Positions 26,507-36,274 of a stretch of DNA of 64,000 nucleotides are shown here, one piece after another. The DNA comes from Bacillota bacterium. Its GTDB lineage: Bacteria; Bacillota; Sulfobacillia; Fermentithermobacillales; Fermentithermobacillaceae. A program made the position numbers and the translations under genes. The notes below the pieces were generated by a model that saw only the letters and a program-made list of their open reading frames with translations, was not told where the DNA came from and did no database searches. Every line of letters starts with the position of its first letter. The first letter of the stretch is position 1. The stretch lies in contig JBMNKK010000003.1 of the NCBI GenBank assembly GCA_050952125.1, forward strand, positions 7,952 through 71,951, in the 5' to 3' direction.

Positions 26507-28189
26507 ATGTTCAGAGGAGTGCGCGGAAGACCTATCGGAAGTGAGGAGGAGTATGGGTTGTTCAATACGACTACCTGTGTCGAGAGACCGGAAAACGAGA
26601 AGGTCTTGAGCTATGGCCCGGGAAGCCCGGAAAGAAGGGCGGTAAAAGCCTCTATAGAGACGATGACGGCTTCCACCATTGAAATCCCTCTCATTATCGG
26701 AGGCAAAGAGATCCGAACCGGCAAGACCGCCACCAGTGTGATGCCACACAAGCACGGCCATGTGCTCGCCACCTACCATCTCGCCGGAGAGGAGCACGTG
26801 CAAGCGGCCATAAAGAGTGCTTTGGAAGCCAAGCGAGATTGGGAAAACACGCCGTGGGAACACCGCGTGTCGGTCTTTAGGAAGGCGTCCGAGATCTTGG
26901 CCGGACCTTGGCGGCCTATGCTGAACGCCGCCACCATGTTGGGACAGAGCAAGACGGTGCACCAGGCGGAAATTGATTCAGCATGCGAACTGGTCGACTT
27001 CTTCAGGTTTAACTGCCACTACGCGTCTGAGATCTACGGCGAACAGCCCGCTTCGACCAGGGATGCACGGAACTCGCTTGACTACCGCCCGTTGGAGGGC
27101 TTTGTGTTCGCCGTCACTCCCTTTAACTTCACGGCTATTGCCGGCAACCTGGCTTCAGCCCCCGCCCTGATGGGCAATACGGTGGTGTGGAAGCCGGCAT
27201 CGTCGGCCGTTTACTCTGCGTATTATCTGATGCGGCTGTACAAGGCCGCGGGACTACCCGACGGAGTGATCAACTTTGTTCCCGGTCCGGGCAAAGTTGT
27301 GGGTGACGTGGTGATGGCACGTCGGGATCTTGCCGGCGTTCACTTCACAGGCTCAACCGATACTTTCCGGACACTCTGGTCCATGGCGGGCAATAACCTT
27401 GCCAATTACAGAAGTTACCCGCGTCTCGTTGGAGAGACAGGGGGTAAGGATTTCGTGTTCGCCCATCCCTCGGCCGACTCTCAGGCTCTCGCGGTCGCCC
27501 TGGTCCGCGGAGCTTTTGAGTACCAAGGGCAGAAGTGCTCGGCCGCATCTCGTGCGTACATCCCCGCCAGCTTGTGGCCCACGCTGAGAACCGCCATGTT
27601 GGAGATGATTTCCGAGATAAAGGTGGGCGACGTCAGCGACTTCACGAACTTCATGAGCGCGGTTATCGACAAGTCTTCGTTTACTAACATCCGGAAATAC
27701 CTTGACTATGCCGCTAAGGCTCCGGATGCGGAGATAATCTGCGGAGGCAAGTGTGATGATTCCGTAGGATACTTCGTGCAGCCCACCGTGATACTGACCA
27801 AGAATCCGCACTTCAAGACTATGGAGGAAGAGATCTTCGGCCCTGTCCTCACCGTCTACGTCTACGAGGACGGCCAGCTGGACGAAACCCTCCTCCTGTG
27901 TGACAACACATCGCCGTACGGCCTCACAGGCGCGATATTCGCCCAGGATCGTTCGGCGATTGTAAAGATGGAGCGCGCGCTCCGGCACGCCGCCGGCAAC
28001 TTCTACATCAACGACAAGCCTACAGGCGCCGTTGTGGGACAGCAGCCGTTCGGAGGGGCAAGGGCTTCCGGAACCAACGACAAAGCGGGCAGCAAGTTGA
28101 ACCTGTTACGCTGGGTGAGCCCGCGAACCGTGAAGGAGGCCTTTAACCCGCCGGTCGACTACCGTTATCCGCATATGCTCGAGCCGTAG
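26507..28189 (+). CDS. L-glutamate gamma-semialdehyde (1-pyrroline-5-carboxylate) dehydrogenase, ALDH4-type.
   Basis: Aldehyde-dehydrogenase superfamily with the P5CDH-typical N-terminal extension. Catalytic Cys region GQKCSAASR and Glu region FGETGGKDF. The exact start is uncertain. Confidence 0.85.
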   Translation: MFRGVRGRPIGSEEEYGLFNTTTCVERPENEKVLSYGPGSPERRAVKASIETMTASTIEIPLIIGGKEIRTGKTATSVMPHKHGHVLATYHLAGEEHVQAAIKSALEAKRDWENTPWEHRVSVFRKASEILAGPWRPMLNAATMLGQSKTVHQAEIDSACELVDFFRFNCHYASEIYGEQPASTRDARNSLDYRPLEGFVFAVTPFNFTAIAGNLASAPALMGNTVVWKPASSAVYSAYYLMRLYKAAGLPDGVINFVPGPGKVVGDVVMARRDLAGVHFTGSTDTFRTLWSMAGNNLANYRSYPRLVGETGGKDFVFAHPSADSQALAVALVRGAFEYQGQKCSAASRAYIPASLWPTLRTAMLEMISEIKVGDVSDFTNFMSAVIDKSSFTNIRKYLDYAAKAPDAEIICGGKCDDSVGYFVQPTVILTKNPHFKTMEEEIFGPVLTVYVYEDGQLDETLLLCDNTSPYGLTGAIFAQDRSAIVKMERALRHAAGNFYINDKPTGAVVGQQPFGGARASGTNDKAGSKLNLLRWVSPRTVKEAFNPPVDYRYPHMLEP

Positions 28190-28246
28190 GGGGCCGTGGA
28201 TCTATGCGTGATTAGGTGGCCGCAGATGGTCAAGGAGCTGTAGGCA

Positions 28247-28759
28247 TTGAGGAACTTGTTCCTTACAGGCAGGTCAGGAGTTGGGAAGACGACTGCGATA
28301 TTCCGGGCACTCCGAACGAGTGGCCTGGATTACGGAGGCTTTGTCGTGAAGCGCAGGATCGAGCGCTCTCGCAGGACTTCCATGGAGATAATCGACTTGT
28401 CTTCAGGGATGAAAGCGAGCATCGCGTCGTTTAGCCCTTTCGGCAAGGTCGCTCCTATTCCGACATCATTCGTCACCGTTGGAGTGCCCGCCATTGCCTC
28501 TGCGCTGCGAGATAAGCAGTTGGTCGTCATGGATGAGCTTGGGAGGTTCGAACTGGGCGCTCCCGAGTTCATGCAAGAGGTTTTCCGGGCTTTAGATTCA
28601 CCTACTCCGGTTGTGGGCGTACTGAAGGCGGAGTCCAATCCGTTCCTCGATTCGGTCCGGGCGCGGCCCGATGTTACCGTGATACCTGTCAGCGAGGAGA
28701 GCCGCGAGTACGCTTATGCGCTGCTTGTGAAGTTTTTTCTCCTGCAGGACCGGCAGTAG
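28247..28759 (+). CDS. THEP1/MJ1559-type P-loop nucleoside-triphosphatase.
   Basis: Walker A GRSGVGKTT and Walker B VVMDELG. About 170 aa. Confidence 0.65.
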   Translation: MRNLFLTGRSGVGKTTAIFRALRTSGLDYGGFVVKRRIERSRRTSMEIIDLSSGMKASIASFSPFGKVAPIPTSFVTVGVPAIASALRDKQLVVMDELGRFELGAPEFMQEVFRALDSPTPVVGVLKAESNPFLDSVRARPDVTVIPVSEESREYAYALLVKFFLLQDRQ

Positions 28760-29147
28760 GACAGACTATCAGTTCGAGTTTTTCCGACAGTTACGTCTAT
28801 TGTCTCCGGCGGGCAATGTGCTATGCTTGTCTTGGTCAGTGACTGACTTACAAACTCCGAATCTGCAGGTCCTAAGGCGACAGGCTATGGACTGCAGGCG
28901 GTAGGGTTATGTTGGAAACGACATGATCTCCCATTGTGGAAAGGAGTAACATAGGCTTCGATACAGAACACGCTCAGTAGGACGAGCTGTCTGTCCATTT
29001 GCGTTCCGCAAATCGGTGAGCAGGCAGGCAACCCTTGACCTCTACTGAGTTTGCTTTGATTTGCGCCTACACCGCCTTGAACTCCAATCCACATAGGAAC
29101 CGTGACGCTAGAGCCATGGAAGAACCAGATGTGGGGAGGAAGAACCG

Positions 29148-30188
29148 TTGAAGATTCAGAGGAAGCTCATGGGCTTTGTTGTGTTGTGCGCGATGCTGGC
29201 GGTGTTCCTCGCAGGTTGCGCCGAAACACCTGAGCCCCCCCCTGAAGAGATCAGTACGATTACTGTAGTCGACCACCTGGGTAGGACTGTGGAACTCCAA
29301 AAGCCTGCCGAGCGGGTCATCGGAACTCATAACCCCAGCATGAACATGGTAGTCGTGTTGGATGGAGGCGGTTCCCGGATCGCCGGTTTCGGCAACAAAG
29401 ACATGGCCTATGGACTGTACGATTTGGTTGCGCCGGAGATCAACGAGGTTACGCAGATCGGCAAAGGCAAGAACATAAACATGGAAACCGTGATGACGGT
29501 TTCGCCTGACCTCGTGGTGATGCCTGTCAGGTTTAAGGATCAGATAGAGAATTTCACGGAGATTGGTGTACCCTGTATTGCCCTTGACGTGGAGAAGTTC
29601 GACTCCATCAAAGACGCCCTTTCCTTGATCGGAAAGGCAATGGGAGAGACTGAGCGAGCCGAGGCAATCATCGGTTTCTATGACTCGGTCATCGAGAAAG
29701 TCACCGGTCTCGCCGCGAAGGCCAGCGAGAAGCCCTCTGTCATTATGCTCTCGGGCAGCTCCAATACTGCCGTGAGTACCGACGCGATGCTCCAGAACCT
29801 GCTTATCGAGACTGCCGGAGGCGTCAATGTTACCGCCGGTTTCCAGCCGGACGAGCTCTGGACGGACGTGGACATCGAGCAGATCATCGCTTGGAATCCT
29901 GACGTCATCTACATCCCCACTTACGCGGATTACACTGTGGACGACATCTTGAATGACCCGCAGTGGGCGACTATTTCAGCCGTGAAGAACAAGAGGGTCC
30001 ATAAGTTCCCATCGGCGCTCGAGCCGTGGGATTACCCGGTAGCCGCCTCTTCTTTGGGGCTCTGCTGGACTCTTCATAACCTGCACCCAGACCTGTACAC
30101 TATGGACGATCTGATGCAGGACGTAGACGAATACTATGAACTGGTGTACGGGCAGACGTTCAGCCCGGCTCAACTTGGGCTCGATTAA
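29148..30188 (+). CDS. ABC transporter periplasmic/lipoprotein substrate-binding protein, class III (FecB/BtuF-like; iron-siderophore or cobalamin type).
   Basis: Lipobox LAGC and class III SBP sequence features. Confidence 0.8.
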   Translation: MKIQRKLMGFVVLCAMLAVFLAGCAETPEPPPEEISTITVVDHLGRTVELQKPAERVIGTHNPSMNMVVVLDGGGSRIAGFGNKDMAYGLYDLVAPEINEVTQIGKGKNINMETVMTVSPDLVVMPVRFKDQIENFTEIGVPCIALDVEKFDSIKDALSLIGKAMGETERAEAIIGFYDSVIEKVTGLAAKASEKPSVIMLSGSSNTAVSTDAMLQNLLIETAGGVNVTAGFQPDELWTDVDIEQIIAWNPDVIYIPTYADYTVDDILNDPQWATISAVKNKRVHKFPSALEPWDYPVAASSLGLCWTLHNLHPDLYTMDDLMQDVDEYYELVYGQTFSPAQLGLD

Positions 30189-30225
30189 CGGGGGCCTGCC
30201 GGGAGGCGAGCGTCATCGAGCGCTC

Positions 30226-31209
30226 ATGACCGGTCTGGCGTTGGCGCTCGCGGCTTCATGCCTGATTGCCCTCAGCATGGGGCGCTACAGCGTCAACCCT
30301 GCCGACGTGTTGCGGGTTCTTAGGGAAACCCTCACCGGTTCCCCGCCTTTGGATGAGGGTATGCAAACCGTTCTGTTTGCCATTCGAGTACCGAGAGCCG
30401 TCGCAGCCATGTTCGTTGGCGCCGCTTTGTCACTTTCCGGAGCGGTATACCAGGGGGTTTTCAAGAACCCCCTGGTTTCGCCGGACCTCTTGGGAGTATC
30501 GTCGGGCGCGTGTGTCGGCGCGGCTACAGCGATCCTCCTCGGAGGAGGCATGGCTATGACGCAGATTTCGGCGTTCGCCTTCGGGATGCTGGCAGTCGGC
30601 CTGAGCGTAGGTATCACCCGGATGCTCCGAAACGAGACAAACATGGCACTGGTTCTCGCGGGGATTATCACCGGAGGGCTTATGTCCTCGATTCTCGGCA
30701 TCCTGAAGTACGTGGCCGATCCTGAGACCGAACTCGCTGAGATCGTCTTCTGGCAGATGGGTAGCCTCGAGTCCGTCAGGCGGCCGCACCTCTTGGCCGT
30801 TTCTCCCATTTTCGTTGCATGCGGAGCGGTTCTGATCGCTTTGAGCTGGCGGATCAACATCCTGTCCTTTGGCGAGGAAGAGGCCAAGTCACTGGGTATG
30901 AACGTCCGCCTGTACCGCGGAGCGGCCATAGCCTGCTCCAGCCTGCTTACGGCGAGTGCGGTAAGCATAAGCGGCACCATAGGGTGGATTGGGCTGGTAA
31001 TCCCTCACTTCGGGCGCTTGGTTGGAGGCTCCGACAACACCAGATTGCTGCCGGTCACGATACTGCTCGGAAGCCTCTTCATGCTGGTTGTTGATACCGT
31101 CTCCAGAGCCGCGACATCTGTTGAGATTCCGCTGAGCATCCTTACGGGCCTCATCGGAGCCCCGTTCTATGCTTGGCTGCTCTGGAAGCAAAGGGTGAGT
31201 GCGCTCTGA
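30226..31209 (+). CDS. FecCD-family ABC permease (iron-chelate/cobalamin importer). The start is uncertain: the ORF track opens at 30136, overlapping the SBP gene.
   Basis: Polytopic protein with FecCD/BtuC signature regions. Confidence 0.8.
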   Translation: MTGLALALAASCLIALSMGRYSVNPADVLRVLRETLTGSPPLDEGMQTVLFAIRVPRAVAAMFVGAALSLSGAVYQGVFKNPLVSPDLLGVSSGACVGAATAILLGGGMAMTQISAFAFGMLAVGLSVGITRMLRNETNMALVLAGIITGGLMSSILGILKYVADPETELAEIVFWQMGSLESVRRPHLLAVSPIFVACGAVLIALSWRINILSFGEEEAKSLGMNVRLYRGAAIACSSLLTASAVSISGTIGWIGLVIPHFGRLVGGSDNTRLLPVTILLGSLFMLVVDTVSRAATSVEIPLSILTGLIGAPFYAWLLWKQRVSAL

Positions 31210-31994
31210 CTATCTCAGTGAAAGACCTGAGCTTCACATATCCAAACGGCAGGCGTGTTTTTCAGGACCTCACGTTCGAGATCTCCGAAGGCCGCGTTTT
31301 GTGCGTTTTGGGGCCCAACGGAGCCGGGAAGTCCACTCTCTTAGGGTGCATTGCTCGCCTTCTCACACCCTCAGCGGGCGATGTTCTGATTGACGGGAAG
31401 AGCTGCCGCACCATGCCTCAACAGGAGATCGCGCGGTCTATCGGATTCGTCCCCCAGAACATCGTGACGTCGTTTGATTACAGTGTCCTGGATTATGTCG
31501 TCACCGGCTGCGCGCCGAGAATGGGCGTCTTCCAGAGGCCGAAGTCTTCTGAGTACGCGATCGCTCGCGAGGCCGTAGCCGCGATGGGTCTAGAGCACCT
31601 CGCTGAGAAGTCGATCATGCGGATCAGCAGCGGCGAGCGTCAGCAATGCGCGATTGCCCGCGTCTTGGCCCAGAGGCCAAGGTTCATCCTGCTCGATGAG
31701 CCGACCGCACACCTCGATGTTGGGAATCAGGTCAGGGTGTTGAACACGATGGCGCGCCTTGCCGAGGACGGCTACGGAGTGGTGATGAGCACCCACAACC
31801 CGGACCACGCTCTCATGCTCGGTGATCAAATTGCAGCCATAGACCGGCAGGGTCACTTCACCTTTGGGGTGACGGCGGACGTTATCAACGACGGCTTCTT
31901 GTCGGCCCTGTACGGCACCGGACTACGCATTGTTGACTTGGCTCCGGTAGGGCGGAAGGTCTGTGTTGCTCAAGGAATTCGCAGGAAGGGATGA
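31173..31994 (+). CDS. ABC transporter ATP-binding protein (FepC/BtuD-like).
   Basis: Walker A GPNGAGKST, ABC signature SGGERQQ and Walker B ILLDEP. Confidence 0.85.
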   Translation: MAALEAKGECALTISVKDLSFTYPNGRRVFQDLTFEISEGRVLCVLGPNGAGKSTLLGCIARLLTPSAGDVLIDGKSCRTMPQQEIARSIGFVPQNIVTSFDYSVLDYVVTGCAPRMGVFQRPKSSEYAIAREAVAAMGLEHLAEKSIMRISSGERQQCAIARVLAQRPRFILLDEPTAHLDVGNQVRVLNTMARLAEDGYGVVMSTHNPDHALMLGDQIAAIDRQGHFTFGVTADVINDGFLSALYGTGLRIVDLAPVGRKVCVAQGIRRKG

Positions 31995-32000
31995 TTTCCC

Positions 32001-32783
32001 GTGTTGATAGAGACCGTTATGAGGGCTGCAGAGCCTTATCTCCGCGGGCGGACGATTAGAGATGCCGTGATAGGGATTTCGTTGGTCGCCGTAGAGCTGG
32101 ATAACGGCCATATCGGCGTATCGTACGTCCTACGGGAAGACCTGGAGGCAGGCTGCTCGATCTTTCCCTACGGGAGAGAGATTGTAGGGCGTGAGGCGGT
32201 AGATATCGCGGAGTGGGCAATATCGGGAGGAGATAGCCTGCAGAGAGGTATCGGGATCGCGTCGCTTTCGGCGGCCTCGCGGGCCCAGTCGCTCGATGAC
32301 TGCGACTCACCTGAACGCCCGTTCGGCATGACCCTGCGAAAGACCGACCGGGTCGGCATGATAGGGCTGATCGCGCCCGTCGAAAAAATGCTCCGTCCGC
32401 GCGTCAACGATATCTTTGTTTTCGACAAGGGCATATCTCTGCTTGGGGGCGATGATTCCAGTATCATGCCGATGGAAGCCCAGAGAGAAACGCTTCCGAC
32501 CTGTGACATCGTGATAGTCAGCGGAACCACCATGATAAACGGCTCCATCGACGGCATCCTCGGTATGTGCAGCGGAGCGAGGGAGATAGTGATGATAGGT
32601 GCCTCGACTCCGATGTTTCCGTCCGCCTTCGAGGGGAGCGGGGTTACCGTCTTGGCAGGGTCATGGTGGAAGAGCGAGAACAAAGCGGACATCTTCAGGA
32701 ATATCACGCTAGCGTGCGGGATCTCGGCGCTCGGTGACTATGCCATCAAGAAGTCGGTGAGAGTGACGAGCTATTCGCCGTAG
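32001..32783 (+). CDS. DUF4213/DUF364 (Rossmann-like, putative metal-chelation) domain protein.
   Basis: 260 aa, with domain order and conserved blocks typical of the family that commonly accompanies FecB-like ABC importers. Confidence 0.55.
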   Translation: MLIETVMRAAEPYLRGRTIRDAVIGISLVAVELDNGHIGVSYVLREDLEAGCSIFPYGREIVGREAVDIAEWAISGGDSLQRGIGIASLSAASRAQSLDDCDSPERPFGMTLRKTDRVGMIGLIAPVEKMLRPRVNDIFVFDKGISLLGGDDSSIMPMEAQRETLPTCDIVIVSGTTMINGSIDGILGMCSGAREIVMIGASTPMFPSAFEGSGVTVLAGSWWKSENKADIFRNITLACGISALGDYAIKKSVRVTSYSP

Positions 32784-34270
32784 ATCTCCTTGTACGTTTC
32801 GTTGGCCGAGCGCTTTGTCGCCTCACTAGCAAAGGCCTGCACCTTCTTGCTGGCCTTGTTCTGGTTGATGAGAGTACCTGCTCCGCCAACGCATCCTCCC
32901 GGGCATGCCATCCCCTCAAGGATGTACTTGTCTCGCTTGCCCATTTTGGCTTGAAGCAGCAGCCGCCTGCAATCCGCCAGGTTTTCGGCCCTATCGGCCT
33001 TGATCTCTAGCTTGGGATGTTTCTCCTTGATAACATGGGCAACTGCAGCAAGTACCCCGCTGCTGACCGCAAAGCCGCGCCCGTCTGCAGAAGCCTCGTC
33101 AGTGATGTCAGAGCAATCGATCGTCTCCAGATCGATGTTTCTCGCGGCAAACATCGCCGCGACCTCCTCGTAGGTGAGCACGTAATCGACCCATCCTGCC
33201 ATTCCCGGTTCGGCAACTTCTTGCTTCTTGGCTGAACACGGCCCAATAAAGGCGATCATGCTGTCAGGATGGCTGCTGCGCACCAGTTTTGCCGTCTCGA
33301 TCATTGGGGATCTTGAGTCCGACACGCAGTCTGCCTGATCGCCGAGTTCTCGCTTGGCAAACTTGGACCAGGCGGGGCAGCATGACGTCGCAAGAAACGG
33401 CCGGTCGCCTTCCAGTACCTCCTGAATGAACTCGTTACTCTCCAATACAGCTGTGATGTCGGCTCCCAGAGCGACTTCCTGGACGTCGGCAAAGCCGAGT
33501 GCCTTCAGGCCGGCAACCACCTGCCTATACCCAACCTTATCGCCGAACTGGCCGGCGAACGAAGGCGCTATGATGGCGCAGACCTTTCGATTCTTCATCA
33601 TCTGAACGACCTGATAGATCTCGGTTTTGTCCACGATGGCGCCAAACGGGCAGCTCACCATGCACATCCCGCAGGCTACGCACCTCTGGGACACGATCCT
33701 GGCCTTATTGGTTTCCGGATCCTTCGTGAAGGCGTTTGTCCCGCACGCCGCCACGCAGGGCCTCTCGTTTCTGACGATCGACCCGAAAGGGCAGGCGTCG
33801 TAACATCTTCCGCATTTGATGCACTTGGTTTGGTCGATGAAACTGTGCCCGTTCTGCATCGAAGCGGCATTCACCGGGCAGACGGAGATGCACGGGTGGG
33901 CCAGGCAGCCCCGGCATGAGTTGGTCACGAAGAAGGACTTCTCCTGGCACGCTTCACACGCGGCGGGGATGACGCGCAGAGCCTGGGAAGGGATCTTGTG
34001 TTCTTTTAGCAACTGCAGGTCGAAGTCCTCGCTGAAGCCGTTAAGCTGGTCAATGGACCACAGGTCCAGTCCCAGGGCCAGGCGTACTCTTTCGGCGACG
34101 ATCTCGCGCTCCCTGGCGACCGAGTCCCTGTAGGTTGGGCGGTCCCCTTCGATGATTATGTGGGGAATGTTTCTTATCTGATCGCTCGTCCAGTCGTCAT
34201 AAGCAGCCGAAGTCACAGCTTTGAAGACCTCGTGCCGCAGGAAGTTTATGGGTGTGTCCGAGTAGCGCAT
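32771..34270 (-). CDS. [FeFe]-hydrogenase (HydA-type catalytic subunit) with a poly-ferredoxin-like Cys-rich region and an unusual roughly 100-aa Cys-free N-terminal extension. The true start is ATG 34270 (MRYSDTP...), not 34312.
   Basis: H-cluster motifs L1 TSCCPAW, L2 GPCSAKK and L3 EGMACPGGCVGG, plus multiple CxxCxxCxxxCP motifs. AGGAGG RBS 7 nt upstream of the ATG at 34270 (rc). Confidence 0.8.
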   Translation of the reverse strand: MRYSDTPINFLRHEVFKAVTSAAYDDWTSDQIRNIPHIIIEGDRPTYRDSVAREREIVAERVRLALGLDLWSIDQLNGFSEDFDLQLLKEHKIPSQALRVIPAACEACQEKSFFVTNSCRGCLAHPCISVCPVNAASMQNGHSFIDQTKCIKCGRCYDACPFGSIVRNERPCVAACGTNAFTKDPETNKARIVSQRCVACGMCMVSCPFGAIVDKTEIYQVVQMMKNRKVCAIIAPSFAGQFGDKVGYRQVVAGLKALGFADVQEVALGADITAVLESNEFIQEVLEGDRPFLATSCCPAWSKFAKRELGDQADCVSDSRSPMIETAKLVRSSHPDSMIAFIGPCSAKKQEVAEPGMAGWVDYVLTYEEVAAMFAARNIDLETIDCSDITDEASADGRGFAVSSGVLAAVAHVIKEKHPKLEIKADRAENLADCRRLLLQAKMGKRDKYILEGMACPGGCVGGAGTLINQNKASKKVQAFASEATKRSANETYKEIYGE

Positions 34271-34303
34271 AACAAAACCTCCTTCTGGCTGAGCAAACAA
34301 CAT

Positions 34304-34343
34304 CAGTACCATACATTAGTACCATACAACAGTATACCAGTAG
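34304..34343. repeat. Direct repeats AGTACCATACA x2 plus a related ACAGTATACCAGT in the 5' leader/promoter region of the hydrogenase gene.
   Basis: Seen in sequence, immediately upstream (minus-strand sense) of the hydrogenase start. Confidence 0.35.
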
Positions 34344-34543
34344 CCGTGTGAGGGTGGAGGGGCCGTGATCGCGGTTACCCGCGGCAGGAACCCCACAGCG
34401 TAGATCGAAGTCACAAATATAGTGAAGATTGGGACGGTTTTGCTGTATGGAGACCTGCCGGCCGGCACGTGATCTGGAGACTTCGCGCGGAAATACGCGA
34501 TCTTGCGGCTGTTCCAATATGACTACAGGAAGGGGGTACCGCG

Positions 34544-35359
34544 GTGCCAAGAAAACTCGGCGTTTTGGCGTTTTCGGTTTTTCTGCTTCTGGCATCATTC
34601 GCGGCCAGGTGGTACGGCACGGGAGGGACTGACGAGCGCCTTCAGATTGCAGACCCAAGGGTTGTCGCAACCCTCGACTACCTGTCTAGGCAAAGCGCGA
34701 GCAAAGATATATTGTCGGATGGAACCGTCATCCAGGCTTGGGCATCGGGCGCTGACGGCGGATACGATGTGAACATTGCTCTGGATGCGAAAGGCACCTT
34801 GTGGCTGGCATGGGTCCGGTTCGACGCGGGCGACTCTCCGGTGTCGAGCGGCTTCCGCTTGTGGAGCGGAATGCTCTTTCCAAATCTCCTACGGAACCTG
34901 TCCATCGTCTTTTTCGCGCTGTGGATACTGGCTGAGTTCGTCGCTCCACACATAATCGGGGTCAAGTGTCCGGATTGCCCCCCGAACCTGGTCTTTCCTC
35001 CTCTCACGGAAGCACACGAAGTCACAGTCTACCCGGGAGGATTCACCTCGGATGGTAACGACCTTAGGGAGATTGTCAGGAGGGACTACATCTGCCCTCG
35101 CTGCGGATATCGCAAAATCACTTACTATCTCGTAATGCCGCACTCAGGTCACTTCAAGACCGGACTCCTGCGGCGGTGGACGGGAGTGGGCCAGCTGCTC
35201 AACCCAAAGGAACTTGATTGGTACGACCGGGTGCTCAACAAGAATCTTGCCGATCGCGAAGCCGCCATGGGTTTGCGGTTTCCTACCTACGATGAATGGA
35301 AGCGGTTTTACGACGAACTCAAGGCGTCAGAAAGAGAGGAACGGAATAGACGAGGGTAG
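34544..35359 (+). CDS. Hypothetical membrane protein with a Cys4 zinc-ribbon (CPDCPP...CPRCGYR).
   Basis: N-terminal TM/signal, a second TM, and CxxC-N40-CxxC. No recognisable family. Confidence 0.4.
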   Translation: MPRKLGVLAFSVFLLLASFAARWYGTGGTDERLQIADPRVVATLDYLSRQSASKDILSDGTVIQAWASGADGGYDVNIALDAKGTLWLAWVRFDAGDSPVSSGFRLWSGMLFPNLLRNLSIVFFALWILAEFVAPHIIGVKCPDCPPNLVFPPLTEAHEVTVYPGGFTSDGNDLREIVRRDYICPRCGYRKITYYLVMPHSGHFKTGLLRRWTGVGQLLNPKELDWYDRVLNKNLADREAAMGLRFPTYDEWKRFYDELKASEREERNRRG

Positions 35360-35448
35360 GCGACAGAAAGCCGCGGCCCGTGGAATTCCAGTCAGCCCGC
35401 GTGCTCCCTTTGTGAGGGGCCGGGCGGCGCTAGCCGCCGCCCGTTAAT

Positions 35449-36195
35449 TTAGTCTGTCGTGTCGCTGCGCAATACCGCGTCCAGCATCTCTACCGCTTTG
35501 TCTCCTTCTTCTGTCCCCTCGGCTGCCGCCATAGCCCTTAGCTTCTCGATTTCCGGCTTCAACTGCTCCCTCAGAGCTGCCGTATGCTCTTCCCTGATGA
35601 CTTTCAGGTATGCCCTCTCGGCCTTACTCAGTTTCAGGACGTCTTCCGGCAGGGGAAGGAGGTCCGGTATCTCCAGAACGTCTTCGCCGTCGCATTTCGA
35701 CTGGGATACCAGGCCTAAATCGATCAGCAGCTGGATGAGTCCCCGCAAGGTTTTCTTGTACGGCTTTCCGTACTCTGCGGCGAAGCGGCGCTCGACGTCT
35801 TCCTTCGCGCAAGCCTGCCTGGGATCCGGCTTGTAGTTCTTACCCTCTGTGTGCCACGTTGACAGCCATTCCCACATTTCTTTGCCTTTGCAGCCGGACC
35901 ACCAGAGGATGACTATCGACGTGAAGGTCATCCCCGCCTCGGGGGGAAGGTGCCTGTGCCACCCCAGAGAAAGCAGTTGCCTCACCTGGGGCAGCGCTGT
36001 CCACATTGCCGCGGTTCTCTCTTCTTCGCTCGTTGAAATCACCTCGTAAGGCACATTCGGCCAAGAATTGGAAATTCCTGCCATAGTTCCTAGAGAATTG
36101 TCAATTCCAGGCAGGAATCGTTCGACAGGATTTTCACCGCGACTCGAGTACTGCTCGGCCCGCTCGACTTCATCCATGCCAAGGTCAACGGGCAT
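35449..36195 (-). CDS. Hypothetical protein (248 aa), no recognisable domain.
   Basis: Long ORF with a plausible codon pattern; acidic C-terminal coiled-coil-like region. Confidence 0.35.
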   Translation of the reverse strand: MPVDLGMDEVERAEQYSSRGENPVERFLPGIDNSLGTMAGISNSWPNVPYEVISTSEEERTAAMWTALPQVRQLLSLGWHRHLPPEAGMTFTSIVILWWSGCKGKEMWEWLSTWHTEGKNYKPDPRQACAKEDVERRFAAEYGKPYKKTLRGLIQLLIDLGLVSQSKCDGEDVLEIPDLLPLPEDVLKLSKAERAYLKVIREEHTAALREQLKPEIEKLRAMAAAEGTEEGDKAVEMLDAVLRSDTTD

Positions 36196-36274
36196 CGGCG
36201 CAACTTAGCTCTAAAATGGAAAAGGTAGCCGCTCAGGCAGCCGAGAATGATAGTGGACAGGCGTTAAGGAGGTT

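Noticed and set aside
28216-28434. 72-aa ORF overlapping the start of the NTPase gene.
   Set aside because: It is out of frame with, and overlapping, a gene that has clear Walker motifs, and it has no RBS.
28760-29147. Cobalamin riboswitch upstream of the FecB/BtuF-like ABC importer.
   Set aside because: Checked for the B12 box (AGYCMGGAGACCKGCC) and the GCCACUG core; neither is present. No call made.
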